Shown: piece by piece, positions 8,727 to 17,140 of the stretch | Layout: each line of letters starts with the position of its first letter | How positions within the stretch are numbered: the stretch's first letter is position 1 | Source of the DNA: a virus | Taxonomy: Duplodnaviria > Heunggongvirae > Uroviricota > Caudoviricetes | Length of the DNA: 26,722 bases | IMG/VR virus record: IMGVR_UViG_2531839454_000026 | Reading direction: 5' to 3' (one strand) | Translations under genes and position numbers: made by a program | The notes under the pieces: model-generated | Seen by the model: the letters and a program-made list of their open reading frames with translations, nothing else | The model's database searches: none | What the model was told of the DNA's origin: nothing

Positions 8727-9527
8727 TTAACCGCGCTTCGCCTTCTGCGTCGCGGTGGTTTTTCGTGTTGCAGGCTTCCGCGTTGTCTTTTTACTTTTGC
8801 TGCTTTCGTCCTGCGTCTGCTGTGCGCTGGCGTCTTCTGGTGCGGCTGCGGAATCGGCTTTTTTCAGGGCGCGGGAAAGGGTTGCAATCTCGCGTTTCAC
8901 ACCTGCGTTCGGGTTCAGGTGCATTGCTTCGCGCAGCAGCTTCAGTGACAGGGCCATGCTGTCCGCATCACTCAGGCCACGGCGGACAAAGGCGCACGCT
9001 TTGCATAATTTGGCGCGCACTTCGTCCGGCATGTCCTGGTCGGTGACAATCTCCCGGAGGGTGTCCAGTGGTTCGATAAAGGCGGACAAATCCGCGTCGG
9101 CATCCGTCCCGGCCTGCGTCAGTACCGGATTACAGATTTCTTCGGTCAGTACCGTGGCAGCAGTACGGCCAAAGTTATCCGGCATGATGAGGTTGTGACG
9201 GACCACATACGCGCCGATACGCAGCGCAAGCGGAAGATCGCCACAGTCAATCGCCCACACCATCAGCGTGGCAATCACTTCATCCTGCTGCCCGCCGTCA
9301 GCCTCCAGCGTTCCCTCAATCCAGCCGGAAAAATCCGGCAACAACTCTTTTTTGATGGCGGCTTTCGCGCTTCTGGCCTGTACGCCCTTAAGCCGGGCCT
9401 GTGCCAGACGCAGACGATACAGCACCTCTTCATGCGCGGTACGCGCGGCGTGGTCCACGCCTTCATTCGCCCGGCCTGCGCGCTGTGCCATCACGTTCTG
9501 CCAGTGTTGTTGTGCAGGAGTAATCAT
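8727..9527 (-). CDS. M: Terminase endonuclease (small) subunit M
   Basis: 266 aa; MITPAQQHW..., ...MPDEVRAKL... resemble P2 gpM; basic C-terminal tail. Confidence 0.85.
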   Translation of the reverse strand: MITPAQQHWQNVMAQRAGRANEGVDHAARTAHEEVLYRLRLAQARLKGVQARSAKAAIKKELLPDFSGWIEGTLEADGGQQDEVIATLMVWAIDCGDLPLALRIGAYVVRHNLIMPDNFGRTAATVLTEEICNPVLTQAGTDADADLSAFIEPLDTLREIVTDQDMPDEVRAKLCKACAFVRRGLSDADSMALSLKLLREAMHLNPNAGVKREIATLSRALKKADSAAAPEDASAQQTQDESSKSKKTTRKPATRKTTATQKAKRG

Positions 9528-9544
9528 TTTTTCTCTCCGTTACA

Positions 9545-9563
9545 GGCGGGCATGATGCCCGCC
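9545..9563 (-). promoter_or_regulatory. GC-rich palindrome between N stop and M start (possible mRNA processing/attenuation hairpin)
   Basis: GGCGGGCAT.ATGCCCGCC between 9527 and 9573, no U-tract, followed by RBS GGAGA of M. Confidence 0.3.
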
Positions 9564-9572
9564 GGGAGTTGA

Positions 9573-10625
9573 TTAGCTGTCGGCGAACTTCAGGCCAGTA
9601 ACCATCGCGCACTTGCCATAGTCTTCAACGACATAAGCGTCATTGATGGACTGGTAGGTGGCGATGCGGTTGTATTCCGGCTCGTCTTTCATCAGGCGAC
9701 GCATTGAACCTTTCTGCCAGTAAATCGACAGGTTGTTGAACGAGGTGATCAGCATCGTTGCATCCGGGAAGAACGGCGCAAGGAACACGCCCAGCCCGCC
9801 AATGGTGCGCGATGACAGGATGAGCTGCCCGGCGAGTAATTCCGCATTGGGATTCTGGCCGCTGATGCTGTTCAGCACGGGCAGACGCAGCGAGTTAAAC
9901 AGGTTGCGCCCCATAATCACCACGAGGTCGTCAGCTTCCTTGTGCCATTCATCCAGCAGGGATGAACGCGCGTCCTGTACCAGTGCATCAGCGTTCGCAT
10001 ACTTACCCGCGTGCGCCACGGTGTTGTCCATGTTGCGGGAGGTCAGCGTCACGTCATTCATAACGCGTTCGCTGGCGTCGGTTCTGATGTGCTCCAGCCA
10101 GCCCACGTTAACGTCCTGAAGCAGCTTATTGGTGCTGAAGTTGGACTCATCCGCGTGAGACGTGCCGTTGAAACCGATCATGATGCGGTCAAGCGCCACC
10201 TGTCGGGCAATCTGTGCGCTGATGCGGGACTGAAAATCAGGGTGTGCCGACCAGGCATCAAGCTGCGGATACGAAATAAACGTGTCGTAGTTCACCTGTT
10301 CACACTGATATTTGCGGTTTTTCAGATCAACCACGTTATTCGGGTTACGGCGTTTTGTGCCGTCATAACTGGTATTCGTGCGCGCAATCGGTCCTGTGGT
10401 ATCCAGGAGGATTTTTTCGCCTTTCTGGTCGGTCACGCCGATCACGTTAATTCTTTTCGTAAATTCGGTACTTTCCTTTGAGGCGTTTTCAAAACGCTGC
10501 TGCACCGCGGGTTCCACGGTAAATCGCGACACCAGTGCAGATACCGGGATATTATTAAGCGACGCCTGCTGCGCCATATAGCAACCCAGCTTGTTGCGGG
10601 TAATATCTGACATCACCAGATTCAT
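9573..10625 (-). CDS. N: Major capsid protein N
   Basis: 350 aa; FTVEP, MIGFNG, LQDVNVGWL, LSIYW motifs as in P2 gpN as I recall it. Confidence 0.9.
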   Translation of the reverse strand: MNLVMSDITRNKLGCYMAQQASLNNIPVSALVSRFTVEPAVQQRFENASKESTEFTKRINVIGVTDQKGEKILLDTTGPIARTNTSYDGTKRRNPNNVVDLKNRKYQCEQVNYDTFISYPQLDAWSAHPDFQSRISAQIARQVALDRIMIGFNGTSHADESNFSTNKLLQDVNVGWLEHIRTDASERVMNDVTLTSRNMDNTVAHAGKYANADALVQDARSSLLDEWHKEADDLVVIMGRNLFNSLRLPVLNSISGQNPNAELLAGQLILSSRTIGGLGVFLAPFFPDATMLITSFNNLSIYWQKGSMRRLMKDEPEYNRIATYQSINDAYVVEDYGKCAMVTGLKFADS

Positions 10626-10648
10626 AAAAAATTTGCTCCTTTGTCTAA

Positions 10649-11485
10649 TCAGAAGTCGGCCAGCTGGTCGGAGGCTGCGCCCGTTGCGGTGAAGCGGTTC
10701 TGCGGATCGCCGTCCTGCGTGCGCAGTTTTTCCTTCAGTGCTGCCAGCTCTGTGGTCAGTGACGTAATTTTCTGACGGTCCTGCTGATGGCGGGTTTCCA
10801 GCACATTAAAACGGTCGATAATGTCGGCCTGTGACGTTGCGACGCCTTCCACCGCTTCCTGAATACGGGAAAAACTGGCGTCATCCGCTTTGCGGCCACG
10901 GCCAATAATCCCCATTACGCGGTTAAACCACTGGGTGCCTTCTTCCTGGCGTTGTTCTGCCATTTCGATGATTTCAGACTCGATGGCTTCGGAGATAAGC
11001 GGCGCTTCACCCTGGATACTGTTAAACGTCATCACCGCCTGACGTTGCTGTGCCGTGAATTTCAGGCGCTCAGTGCCCAGGCTTGCCGGGGGGTCGGTCA
11101 TCGCCAGCCCGACCAGATAGGCGCGCCCGTTAACGGAGAACTGCGGGTGCAGTTCGATACTGGAATAGATTTTCTTGCCGTCCGCAACAAGCTGCTTCAT
11201 GCGCTCGGTCGGTTCGATTTCTGCATACAGCGCAGTACGTCCGGCCAGCGGGCCTTCCGTAATATCTTCCGTACTCAGTGCGGTGACATCACCCATTGCG
11301 GAAAATTCGCTTGACGGGCATGGCGAGAGATAGTGCTCAACGTTCACGCGGGCGGCGTAAACATCCGGGTTGAAGTTCTCGGCGGCTTCACGCAGATGCA
11401 CCGGACTGATTTCACGGCCATCAACAGTTGATCCGGAGACAGCCACGCGAAACTTTTTGCGGGATGTCTTTTTTTCATTAGCCAT
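10649..11485 (-). CDS. O: Capsid scaffolding protein O
   Basis: ATG at 11485 (MANEKKTSRKKFRVAVSGSTVDGREI) with RBS GAGGGG; ORF track start 11518 is an upstream in-frame Met. Confidence 0.85.
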   Translation of the reverse strand: MANEKKTSRKKFRVAVSGSTVDGREISPVHLREAAENFNPDVYAARVNVEHYLSPCPSSEFSAMGDVTALSTEDITEGPLAGRTALYAEIEPTERMKQLVADGKKIYSSIELHPQFSVNGRAYLVGLAMTDPPASLGTERLKFTAQQRQAVMTFNSIQGEAPLISEAIESEIIEMAEQRQEEGTQWFNRVMGIIGRGRKADDASFSRIQEAVEGVATSQADIIDRFNVLETRHQQDRQKITSLTTELAALKEKLRTQDGDPQNRFTATGAASDQLADF

Positions 11486-11639
11486 AGTTTTTGCCCCTCT
11501 GACTGGTTCTTCAGTCATGATGGCAAAGCGTAACAGGCTGATACAAAGGGCTTTTGTTGTAAGAAAACGGCCAGAACAGAGGGTTAAGGAGAACAGTTTC
11601 GCGCGCGGGTAATCTTCCTGTAATTACTCAGGGGGAGCA
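11486..11639. promoter_or_regulatory. Divergent late-promoter region between O and P
   Basis: Only non-coding gap between the divergently transcribed O and P late operons; no exact TGT-N12-ACA activator site found. Confidence 0.4.
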
Positions 11640-13391
11640 ATGATTCAGGACGCTTTTGTGCGCCAGCGTGCGCGGCAACTTTACTGGCAGGGTTATCCGC
11701 CCGCAGAAATATCACGTCTGATGGGAATAAACCCGAACACGATTTATGCGTGGAAAAAACGTGACCAGTGGGATGAAACGCCCCCCGTGCAGCGTGTCAC
11801 GCAGTCCATCGATGCGCGCCTCATCCAGCTTACTGAAAAACAGAATAAAACAGGCGGTGACTTTAAGGAAATAGACCTGCTGACACGGCAGCTTAAAAAG
11901 CTGCATGATGGCCAGCCGGATGTGATGGCCGCAGGAAAGAAAGGCCGGGCGAAAAAACTCAAAAATCATTTCACGCCGGAACAGATTGCCGCACTGCGGG
12001 AAAAAATCATCAGCAGGCTGGAGTGGCATCAGCGGAGCTGGTTTGACTCCCTGACCCTTTGCAGGGAAGCCGGGATACGTAACAGGATGATCCTGAAATC
12101 CCGACAGATTGGGGCGACCTGGTATTTTGCACAGGAAGCACTGCTGATGGCGCTGCGTGACGATGTGGCGCAACCTTACCAGCGTAACCAGATTTTTTTG
12201 TCTGCGTCGCGTCGTCAGGCGTTCCAGTTTAAAAGCATTATTCAGAAGGCCGCGGCTGAAGTTGATGTGGAGCTGAAAGGGGGCGATAAAATCATCCTCT
12301 CCAACGGCGCAGAGCTGCATTTTCTCGGCACTTCTGCTGCGTCGGCACAGTCCTATACGGGCAATTTTTATTTTGATGAATTTTTCTGGGTCAGTCGCTT
12401 TGCTGAACTGCGCAAGGTGGCTGGCGCTATGGCAACCCTCAGCGGACTGCGGCGCACCTACTTCTCCACGCCATCCACCGAAACGCACGAGGCATACGCC
12501 TACTGGAACGGCGACCGCTGGAACGAGAAAAAGGCCTCGCATAAACGCCAGCGTTTTTCTGTGGACTGGAAAACGCTGCATAACGGGCTTATCTGCCCTG
12601 ACCGGACGTGGCGGCAAATTGTCACGCTGGAAGATGTGGTTAATCACGGCTGGAAACACACCGATATTGATGAAATTCGTGATGAAAACACCGAAGACGA
12701 GTTCCTCAATCTCTATATGTGTGAGTTTGTCCGCGAAGGGGAATCGGCATTTAACCTGAATATCCTGATTGGCTGTGGCGTTGACGGATACGACGACTGG
12801 AAAGACTGGAAACCTTTTGCTCCCCGCCCGATGGGGAATCGTCCGGTATGGATTGGGTATGACGCAAACGGCAGCAGTGGCAACGGCGACAGCGGCGCTG
12901 TGTCCGTGGTGGTTCCTCCGGCTGTTCCTGGGGGCCGTTTTCGAACGGTGGAGACGCGACGCGTTCAGGGGCTGGAGTTTGAAGAACAGGCCAGAGTCAT
13001 TGAAGAGTTCACGTGTCGCTACAACGTGGAACACATCGGCATTGATGTGACGGGCGGGAACGGGGAGGCTGTTTATCAGATAGTGAAACGGTTTTTCCCT
13101 GCTGCTATTCCGTACACCTTCACGCTGTCATCAAAACGGTCGCTGGTACTGAAAATGCTGCAAATAATGCGTGCCGGGCGGTGGGAATACGATCGCGCCG
13201 AACGCGAGCTGGTCGCGGCCTTTAACGCCGTGCGTAAGGTGAAAACACCGGGCGGCTTTATCACTTACGAAACGGACCGCGCGAGGGGGATCAGCCACGG
13301 CGACCTTGCGTGGGCAACCATGCTCGCTGTCATTAACGAACCGATTGGCGGCGAAGGAGAAAACGAGCGTTTCACGGTTATGGAGTTCTGA
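11640..13391 (+). CDS. P: Terminase ATPase (large) subunit P
   Basis: 583 aa, RBS GGGGGAG; size and position as P2 gpP; stop overlaps Q start (TGATG). Confidence 0.9.
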   Translation: MIQDAFVRQRARQLYWQGYPPAEISRLMGINPNTIYAWKKRDQWDETPPVQRVTQSIDARLIQLTEKQNKTGGDFKEIDLLTRQLKKLHDGQPDVMAAGKKGRAKKLKNHFTPEQIAALREKIISRLEWHQRSWFDSLTLCREAGIRNRMILKSRQIGATWYFAQEALLMALRDDVAQPYQRNQIFLSASRRQAFQFKSIIQKAAAEVDVELKGGDKIILSNGAELHFLGTSAASAQSYTGNFYFDEFFWVSRFAELRKVAGAMATLSGLRRTYFSTPSTETHEAYAYWNGDRWNEKKASHKRQRFSVDWKTLHNGLICPDRTWRQIVTLEDVVNHGWKHTDIDEIRDENTEDEFLNLYMCEFVREGESAFNLNILIGCGVDGYDDWKDWKPFAPRPMGNRPVWIGYDANGSSGNGDSGAVSVVVPPAVPGGRFRTVETRRVQGLEFEEQARVIEEFTCRYNVEHIGIDVTGGNGEAVYQIVKRFFPAAIPYTFTLSSKRSLVLKMLQIMRAGRWEYDRAERELVAAFNAVRKVKTPGGFITYETDRARGISHGDLAWATMLAVINEPIGGEGENERFTVMEF

Positions 13392-14437
13392 TGAGCAGAA
13401 AAAATAAAAAAGTGCGCATGAGTTCACGCATTGATCTCGCTGATGCGCTCAGGAAAGAATCGTCGCTCAGTGCATTCACATTTGATGGTCCTTATCGCCT
13501 GACCGGGCATGACCTGCTGGACAATATGTACTGTGCTGATAACGGGCGGTGGTATGAAACCCCGGTGGACTGGTACGGTCTGGCAAGAGCTGCCCGGCAA
13601 ACGTCCTGGCATCAGTCTGCGCTTTACTTTAAGCGCAATGTATTACTCGGTTGCTACATCCCGCACCCGCTGCTTTCCCGGCAGGATTTCTCGGCGCTGG
13701 CGCTGGACTGGTTTGTGTTCGGTAACGCATTCCTTGAGCTTCGAAGCAATATGCTCGGCGAACCGCTTAAATTACGGCACGCCCTGGCGAAATACATGCG
13801 ACGCGGTAGCGATCTTGAATCATGGTGGTATGTGCAGGATGGCAAGGATGCGTTCCAGTTTCGCCCTGGCAAAGTGTGCCACCTGATGAATCCTGACATT
13901 AACCAGGAAATCTACGGCATGCCGGAATATCTCGGCGCATTACTCTCGGCCAGCCTGTCTCATTCGGCGGACATGTTCAGAAAACTGTATTACGACAACG
14001 GATCCCACGCCGGGTGCATCATCTACATCGGTGCAGCGCAGGTAAACCGCGAAAGCATGGACTCCCTGAAAGAAACGCTACAGGGTGCACGTGGTGGCGG
14101 TGCGTTTAAAAACGTGCTCATTCATGCGCCCAACGGGGGTAAAGAGGGGGTGCAAATTTTGCCGTTCCAGCAGATCACCGCAAAGGATGAGTTCATGAAT
14201 GTTAAGGCGGCATCCCGTGATGATGTGCTGGCTGCGCACCGCGTTCCGCCGCAACTGATGGGGGCGATGCCGGGTGAAAAAAGTGCGTTTGGTGATGTGG
14301 AGAAGGCCGCGCGGGTTTACGCAATTAACGAGCTGATGCCCGTCATGGAGGCCATGAAGCACATCAATGACTGGCTTGGCGAAGAGGTGATCCGCTTTAA
14401 CCCTTACGCACTGTTAGATACCCAGCCCACATCCTGA
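13391..14437 (+). CDS. Q: Portal protein Q
   Basis: 348 aa, translationally coupled to P, last gene before the cos-proximal region. Confidence 0.85.
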   Translation: MSRKNKKVRMSSRIDLADALRKESSLSAFTFDGPYRLTGHDLLDNMYCADNGRWYETPVDWYGLARAARQTSWHQSALYFKRNVLLGCYIPHPLLSRQDFSALALDWFVFGNAFLELRSNMLGEPLKLRHALAKYMRRGSDLESWWYVQDGKDAFQFRPGKVCHLMNPDINQEIYGMPEYLGALLSASLSHSADMFRKLYYDNGSHAGCIIYIGAAQVNRESMDSLKETLQGARGGGAFKNVLIHAPNGGKEGVQILPFQQITAKDEFMNVKAASRDDVLAAHRVPPQLMGAMPGEKSAFGDVEKAARVYAINELMPVMEAMKHINDWLGEEVIRFNPYALLDTQPTS

Positions 14438-14465
14438 CGCGCTTCGCTTGTCTGCTGCTTCGCCG

Positions 14466-14486
14466 GGGCATAAAAAATTTATGCCC
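14466..14486 (+). other. 9-bp-stem palindrome 26 nt after Q stop (no U-tract)
   Basis: GGGCATAAA-AAA-TTTATGCCC. Confidence 0.3.
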
Positions 14487-14766
14487 GGCTCTCCAGCTCC
14501 TGTATCAATCAGATAATTTCACGACGCTTTTCTGCTTATTGCCATCATCGGCGGTCAGACTCTTACGCAATCCCACCGCGTTGACTGCATGTTCTTCGCC
14601 GCCTCAGTGCGATTTTGACGGCCTTACCTTTCACCCCATCAAATCAGAATCCCTCACGTATTTTTCATGCTCAGCGTGAGAAATACAGCCATTCTGTTGT
14701 GTCTCTGCGACATCGTTCAGGGAATGCTATTTACCCCCTGAAACGCGGGCTGTTCCCCCGTCACCT

Positions 14767-14791
14767 GCGCGCAGAAAAAGCGCGTTTTTTT
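14767..14791 (+). terminator. Candidate intrinsic terminator for the P-Q late transcript
   Basis: CGCGC-AGAAAAA-GCGCG stem-loop followed by TTTTTTT. Confidence 0.45.
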
Positions 14792-14860
14792 GTGCACGCA
14801 CGGATCCCTGACGGATCCAGCCGCCACGCGGGCCAGAAGGGCAAAAATTCGTTCAAAAAA

Positions 14861-14890
14861 ATTGTGCAAATTTGTGCACTATTGTGCGCT
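14861..14890. repeat. Three phased 10-bp tandem repeats (ATTGTGCAAA / TTTGTGCACT / ATTGTGCGCT) upstream of the cassette promoter
   Basis: TTGTGC core repeated three times at exact 10-bp spacing, ending 17 bp upstream of the putative -35. Confidence 0.6.
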
Positions 14891-14906
14891 AAATCGAATC
14901 CCTGTA

Positions 14907-14934
14907 TTGCTTACCAGCTCATTACATGTAAACT
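14907..14934 (+). promoter_or_regulatory. Candidate sigma70 promoter of the ATPase/TOPRIM cassette
   Basis: TTGCTT - 16 nt - TAAACT, about 40 nt upstream of RBS AAGGTGG and ATG 14974; moderate match only. Confidence 0.3.
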
Positions 14935-14973
14935 CAACAGGTAGCAATATTTACTTCCAAAAGGTGGAACAAA

Positions 14974-16173
14974 ATGGCTTTTACAAAAATCAGAATCGAT
15001 AATCTGTTTTGCTTTGAAAATAGCATCCTTGACTTAAGCTTCTCCAGACCCCCGATCAACAGCTCACTGGAAGGTGAGTACATTGATGGATTTGAAAAGT
15101 TCTACTTCAAAAAGGTTTGCATCGTTTCTGGTGCTAATGCATCTGGTAAAACATCTCTTGGTCGCGTGATGCTTTCTGTGTTGCGTTTTCTCAGTAGTGG
15201 TGTTTTCAATCCAGAACCGTTAAAAATTACTGACAAAAGAAAACCTGCATATATAGAGGTTGACTTTTTCCAGAGTCATTTAAAATGTTTGTTTAGGGCA
15301 GGTGTCTGGCTTAGGGCTATGGATGAGTCTGTTGTTGTAGAAAAAATTGCAATGGCATCTGTTGATTTAAGAAGCTCGGAATCATGCGCAAAGACGACCA
15401 AAAGACTGGATGCTGTGTGGGATGCGCAAAAGTTTGAATTAAATGGTCAAAATAGATTTTTTTCAACCGAAAACGCTAACTCAAAAGAATTTTCCCAATA
15501 TTTAGAGGGTTTGGACTTTGTTCTTGGTTGGCATTTCATTCTATCTGAAAACCAAGAGAACACGGATAAAATATCACGAATTAAGAAGAATGTGCTTAAT
15601 AGCATATTAAAAACCTTTGACAATACTGTTAAATCTGTCTCAGGACTCACTCTTAAAGATGATGAGGGAAAGGAGGATTTGCAGGGTTATTCAGTAGTCT
15701 TCAATAATGGAGATAGAGTTATTATTGATATGGAAGGTGATATAACAAATAAAGATAGACTGTCTCGTGGTACTTATGAGGCAGTAAAAATATCCCATCT
15801 CCTGTCAGGAGTGCTTGAAGATAAAATAGAAGAGCGAGAGTTCAATTTCCCTTGCAGTGGGGTGTACTTTTTGGATGAGAAAATGGCCTTCACTCATACT
15901 GAATTAGAAAAAATGATGGTCACGCTGATTATATCTAAGCTTTGCAGATATGGTCAATTTATATACACCACACATAATTATGATATCTTGAGCTTAGATC
16001 TGCCTACGCATTCATATACTTTTACTAAAAAAGTAGATGGTGTAACCACTTTTGTTGAAGCTACCACACATCATAAAAAGAATGATCGCAATCTTTTAAA
16101 TAAAGTAAAAAATGACTGTTTTGCAACAATACCTGACGTTTCATTAATCGAAGAGATGCTATTTGAGGATTGA
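14974..16173 (+). CDS. ABC-type (OLD/AriA/AbiLi-like) ATPase, first gene of accessory cassette
   Basis: 399 aa; SMC/RecF-like N-terminus IRIDNLFCFEN; Walker A GANASGKTS; Walker B VYFLDE; H-loop-like TTHNYD; large insertion between Walker A and B; AT-rich codon usage. Confidence 0.8.
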   Translation: MAFTKIRIDNLFCFENSILDLSFSRPPINSSLEGEYIDGFEKFYFKKVCIVSGANASGKTSLGRVMLSVLRFLSSGVFNPEPLKITDKRKPAYIEVDFFQSHLKCLFRAGVWLRAMDESVVVEKIAMASVDLRSSESCAKTTKRLDAVWDAQKFELNGQNRFFSTENANSKEFSQYLEGLDFVLGWHFILSENQENTDKISRIKKNVLNSILKTFDNTVKSVSGLTLKDDEGKEDLQGYSVVFNNGDRVIIDMEGDITNKDRLSRGTYEAVKISHLLSGVLEDKIEEREFNFPCSGVYFLDEKMAFTHTELEKMMVTLIISKLCRYGQFIYTTHNYDILSLDLPTHSYTFTKKVDGVTTFVEATTHHKKNDRNLLNKVKNDCFATIPDVSLIEEMLFED

Positions 16174-16694
16174 TTATGGCAGTTAAGAAATTTGCTATTA
16201 TTCTTGTTGAGGGAGATACGGAAAAAGCATTGTTTCAGGATTTCAAAACATTGCTAGGCTATCCTATTAAGAAAATAGTAATTGCTAATTTATGGAATGT
16301 TAATATAAATAAATACATGCCAGCATTAACCGAAAATAGCGAAATCATAGTGGTTTTTGATACGGATAGGATTGAGAATCTTGATAGATTTAAGAATAAT
16401 CTCAATCTATTAAAGGCGAAAAAACACACAATCCACCTATTTCAACAAACAAGCAATTTTGAGGATGAGCTTGCCAATGCTTGTGGTGTAAGTAATAGAA
16501 AGTTGTATTCTTGTTTTTGCCCAAAGATCATCTCTGCAGATAACTTCAAGAATGAATTCATTGCGCTGCGCAACAGGATGATGAAATTAGATGGACTTGG
16601 ACTAAATAAAACGTTGCTTTGGAGTAGAGGGATTATCCCCCAATTGAGAGATTATAATTTTCATGTTTCCTCTCATGATGATTATTTTTTATAA
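16170..16694 (+). CDS. Small TOPRIM-like putative nuclease (RloB/DUF4276-like), second gene of accessory cassette
   Basis: 174 aa; start overlaps ATPase stop (ATGA); ILVEGDTE (conserved Glu) and VVFDTDR (DxD) about 50 residues apart = TOPRIM metal-binding signature. Confidence 0.7.
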   Translation: MIMAVKKFAIILVEGDTEKALFQDFKTLLGYPIKKIVIANLWNVNINKYMPALTENSEIIVVFDTDRIENLDRFKNNLNLLKAKKHTIHLFQQTSNFEDELANACGVSNRKLYSCFCPKIISADNFKNEFIALRNRMMKLDGLGLNKTLLWSRGIIPQLRDYNFHVSSHDDYFL

Positions 16695-16736
16695 AAATAA
16701 TAGTCCTCATTAAGATAAACATATTTTAAGACACAA

Positions 16737-16755
16737 GACCGCCAGCTAGGCGGCC
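16737..16755. terminator. Candidate bidirectional terminator between the convergent cassette (+) and parMR (-)
   Basis: CCGCC-AGCTA-GGCGG hairpin with an outer G-C pair, flanked by T-rich sequence on both strands. Confidence 0.35.
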
Positions 16756-16824
16756 TTATATCTTTGACGTTCGACTCCTTATTTGTTGATTGTTTTCAGA
16801 ACTGGAAACCTCCCGTGCAAAGTT

Positions 16825-17136
16825 CTAATCGGGAAATAACGCCCGGATATTTCCGGCCATCTGACTGGTTATCTGTGCGGTGGGGGCTGTCTGTAACATG
16901 TGGCGTTCTGCCCTGGTTTGTGTCACTGATAACGCTTCATCGTCAGCCCATGCAGCCAGTCGGTAAGCCTCTGCCGGATTCATTTTCAGAAGTGCCAGCC
17001 CGGCCAGAAAAGCCACGCGTTGGCCGCTTTTGCGGGCTTCTGGTGTAAGGCTGTCCAGCCAGGCGCATGCTTCGCCTTCGTTCTTGACGGCGGCGGGCTT
17101 CAGATAGAAACTTATCCGTCTGGTTGGTATCGTCAT
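16825..17136 (-). CDS. parR: ParR-like centromere-binding adaptor
   Basis: ATG at 17136 with RBS GGAG, 4 nt after parM stop; 103 aa; RRISFYLKP...LDSLTPEARKSGQRVAFLAGLAL resembles R1 ParR (RRTIAFKLNP...LDSIPQGERSRLNRAALTAGLAL, from memory). Confidence 0.7.
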   Translation of the reverse strand: MTIPTRRISFYLKPAAVKNEGEACAWLDSLTPEARKSGQRVAFLAGLALLKMNPAEAYRLAAWADDEALSVTQTRAERHMLQTAPTAQITSQMAGNIRALFPD

Positions 17137-17140
17137 TGGT

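Noticed and set aside
11486-11639. Canonical Ogr-type late promoter site (TGT-N12-ACA) between O and P
   Set aside because: Searched by eye on both strands; only near matches with 15- or 18-nt spacing, so no activator site is claimed.
11712-13034. 440-aa ORF on the - strand
   Set aside because: Lies entirely antisense within terminase gene P, has no RBS context and an Arg/Pro/His-rich low-complexity composition typical of shadow ORFs in GC-rich coding DNA.
14615-15002. 109-aa and 70-aa + strand ORFs in the cos/promoter region
   Set aside because: Span terminator, tandem repeats and promoter elements and overlap the start of the ATPase gene; more likely non-coding regulatory DNA.
14974-16694. 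Assignment of the cassette to canonical PARIS (AriA/AriB), AbiL or fused OLD
   Set aside because: Architecture is analogous but both proteins are smaller than I recall for those families and I cannot verify family membership without HMM searches; left as unclassified.
16764-17048. 94-aa + strand ORF
   Set aside because: Antisense to the ParR-like gene and located downstream of the cassette terminator.
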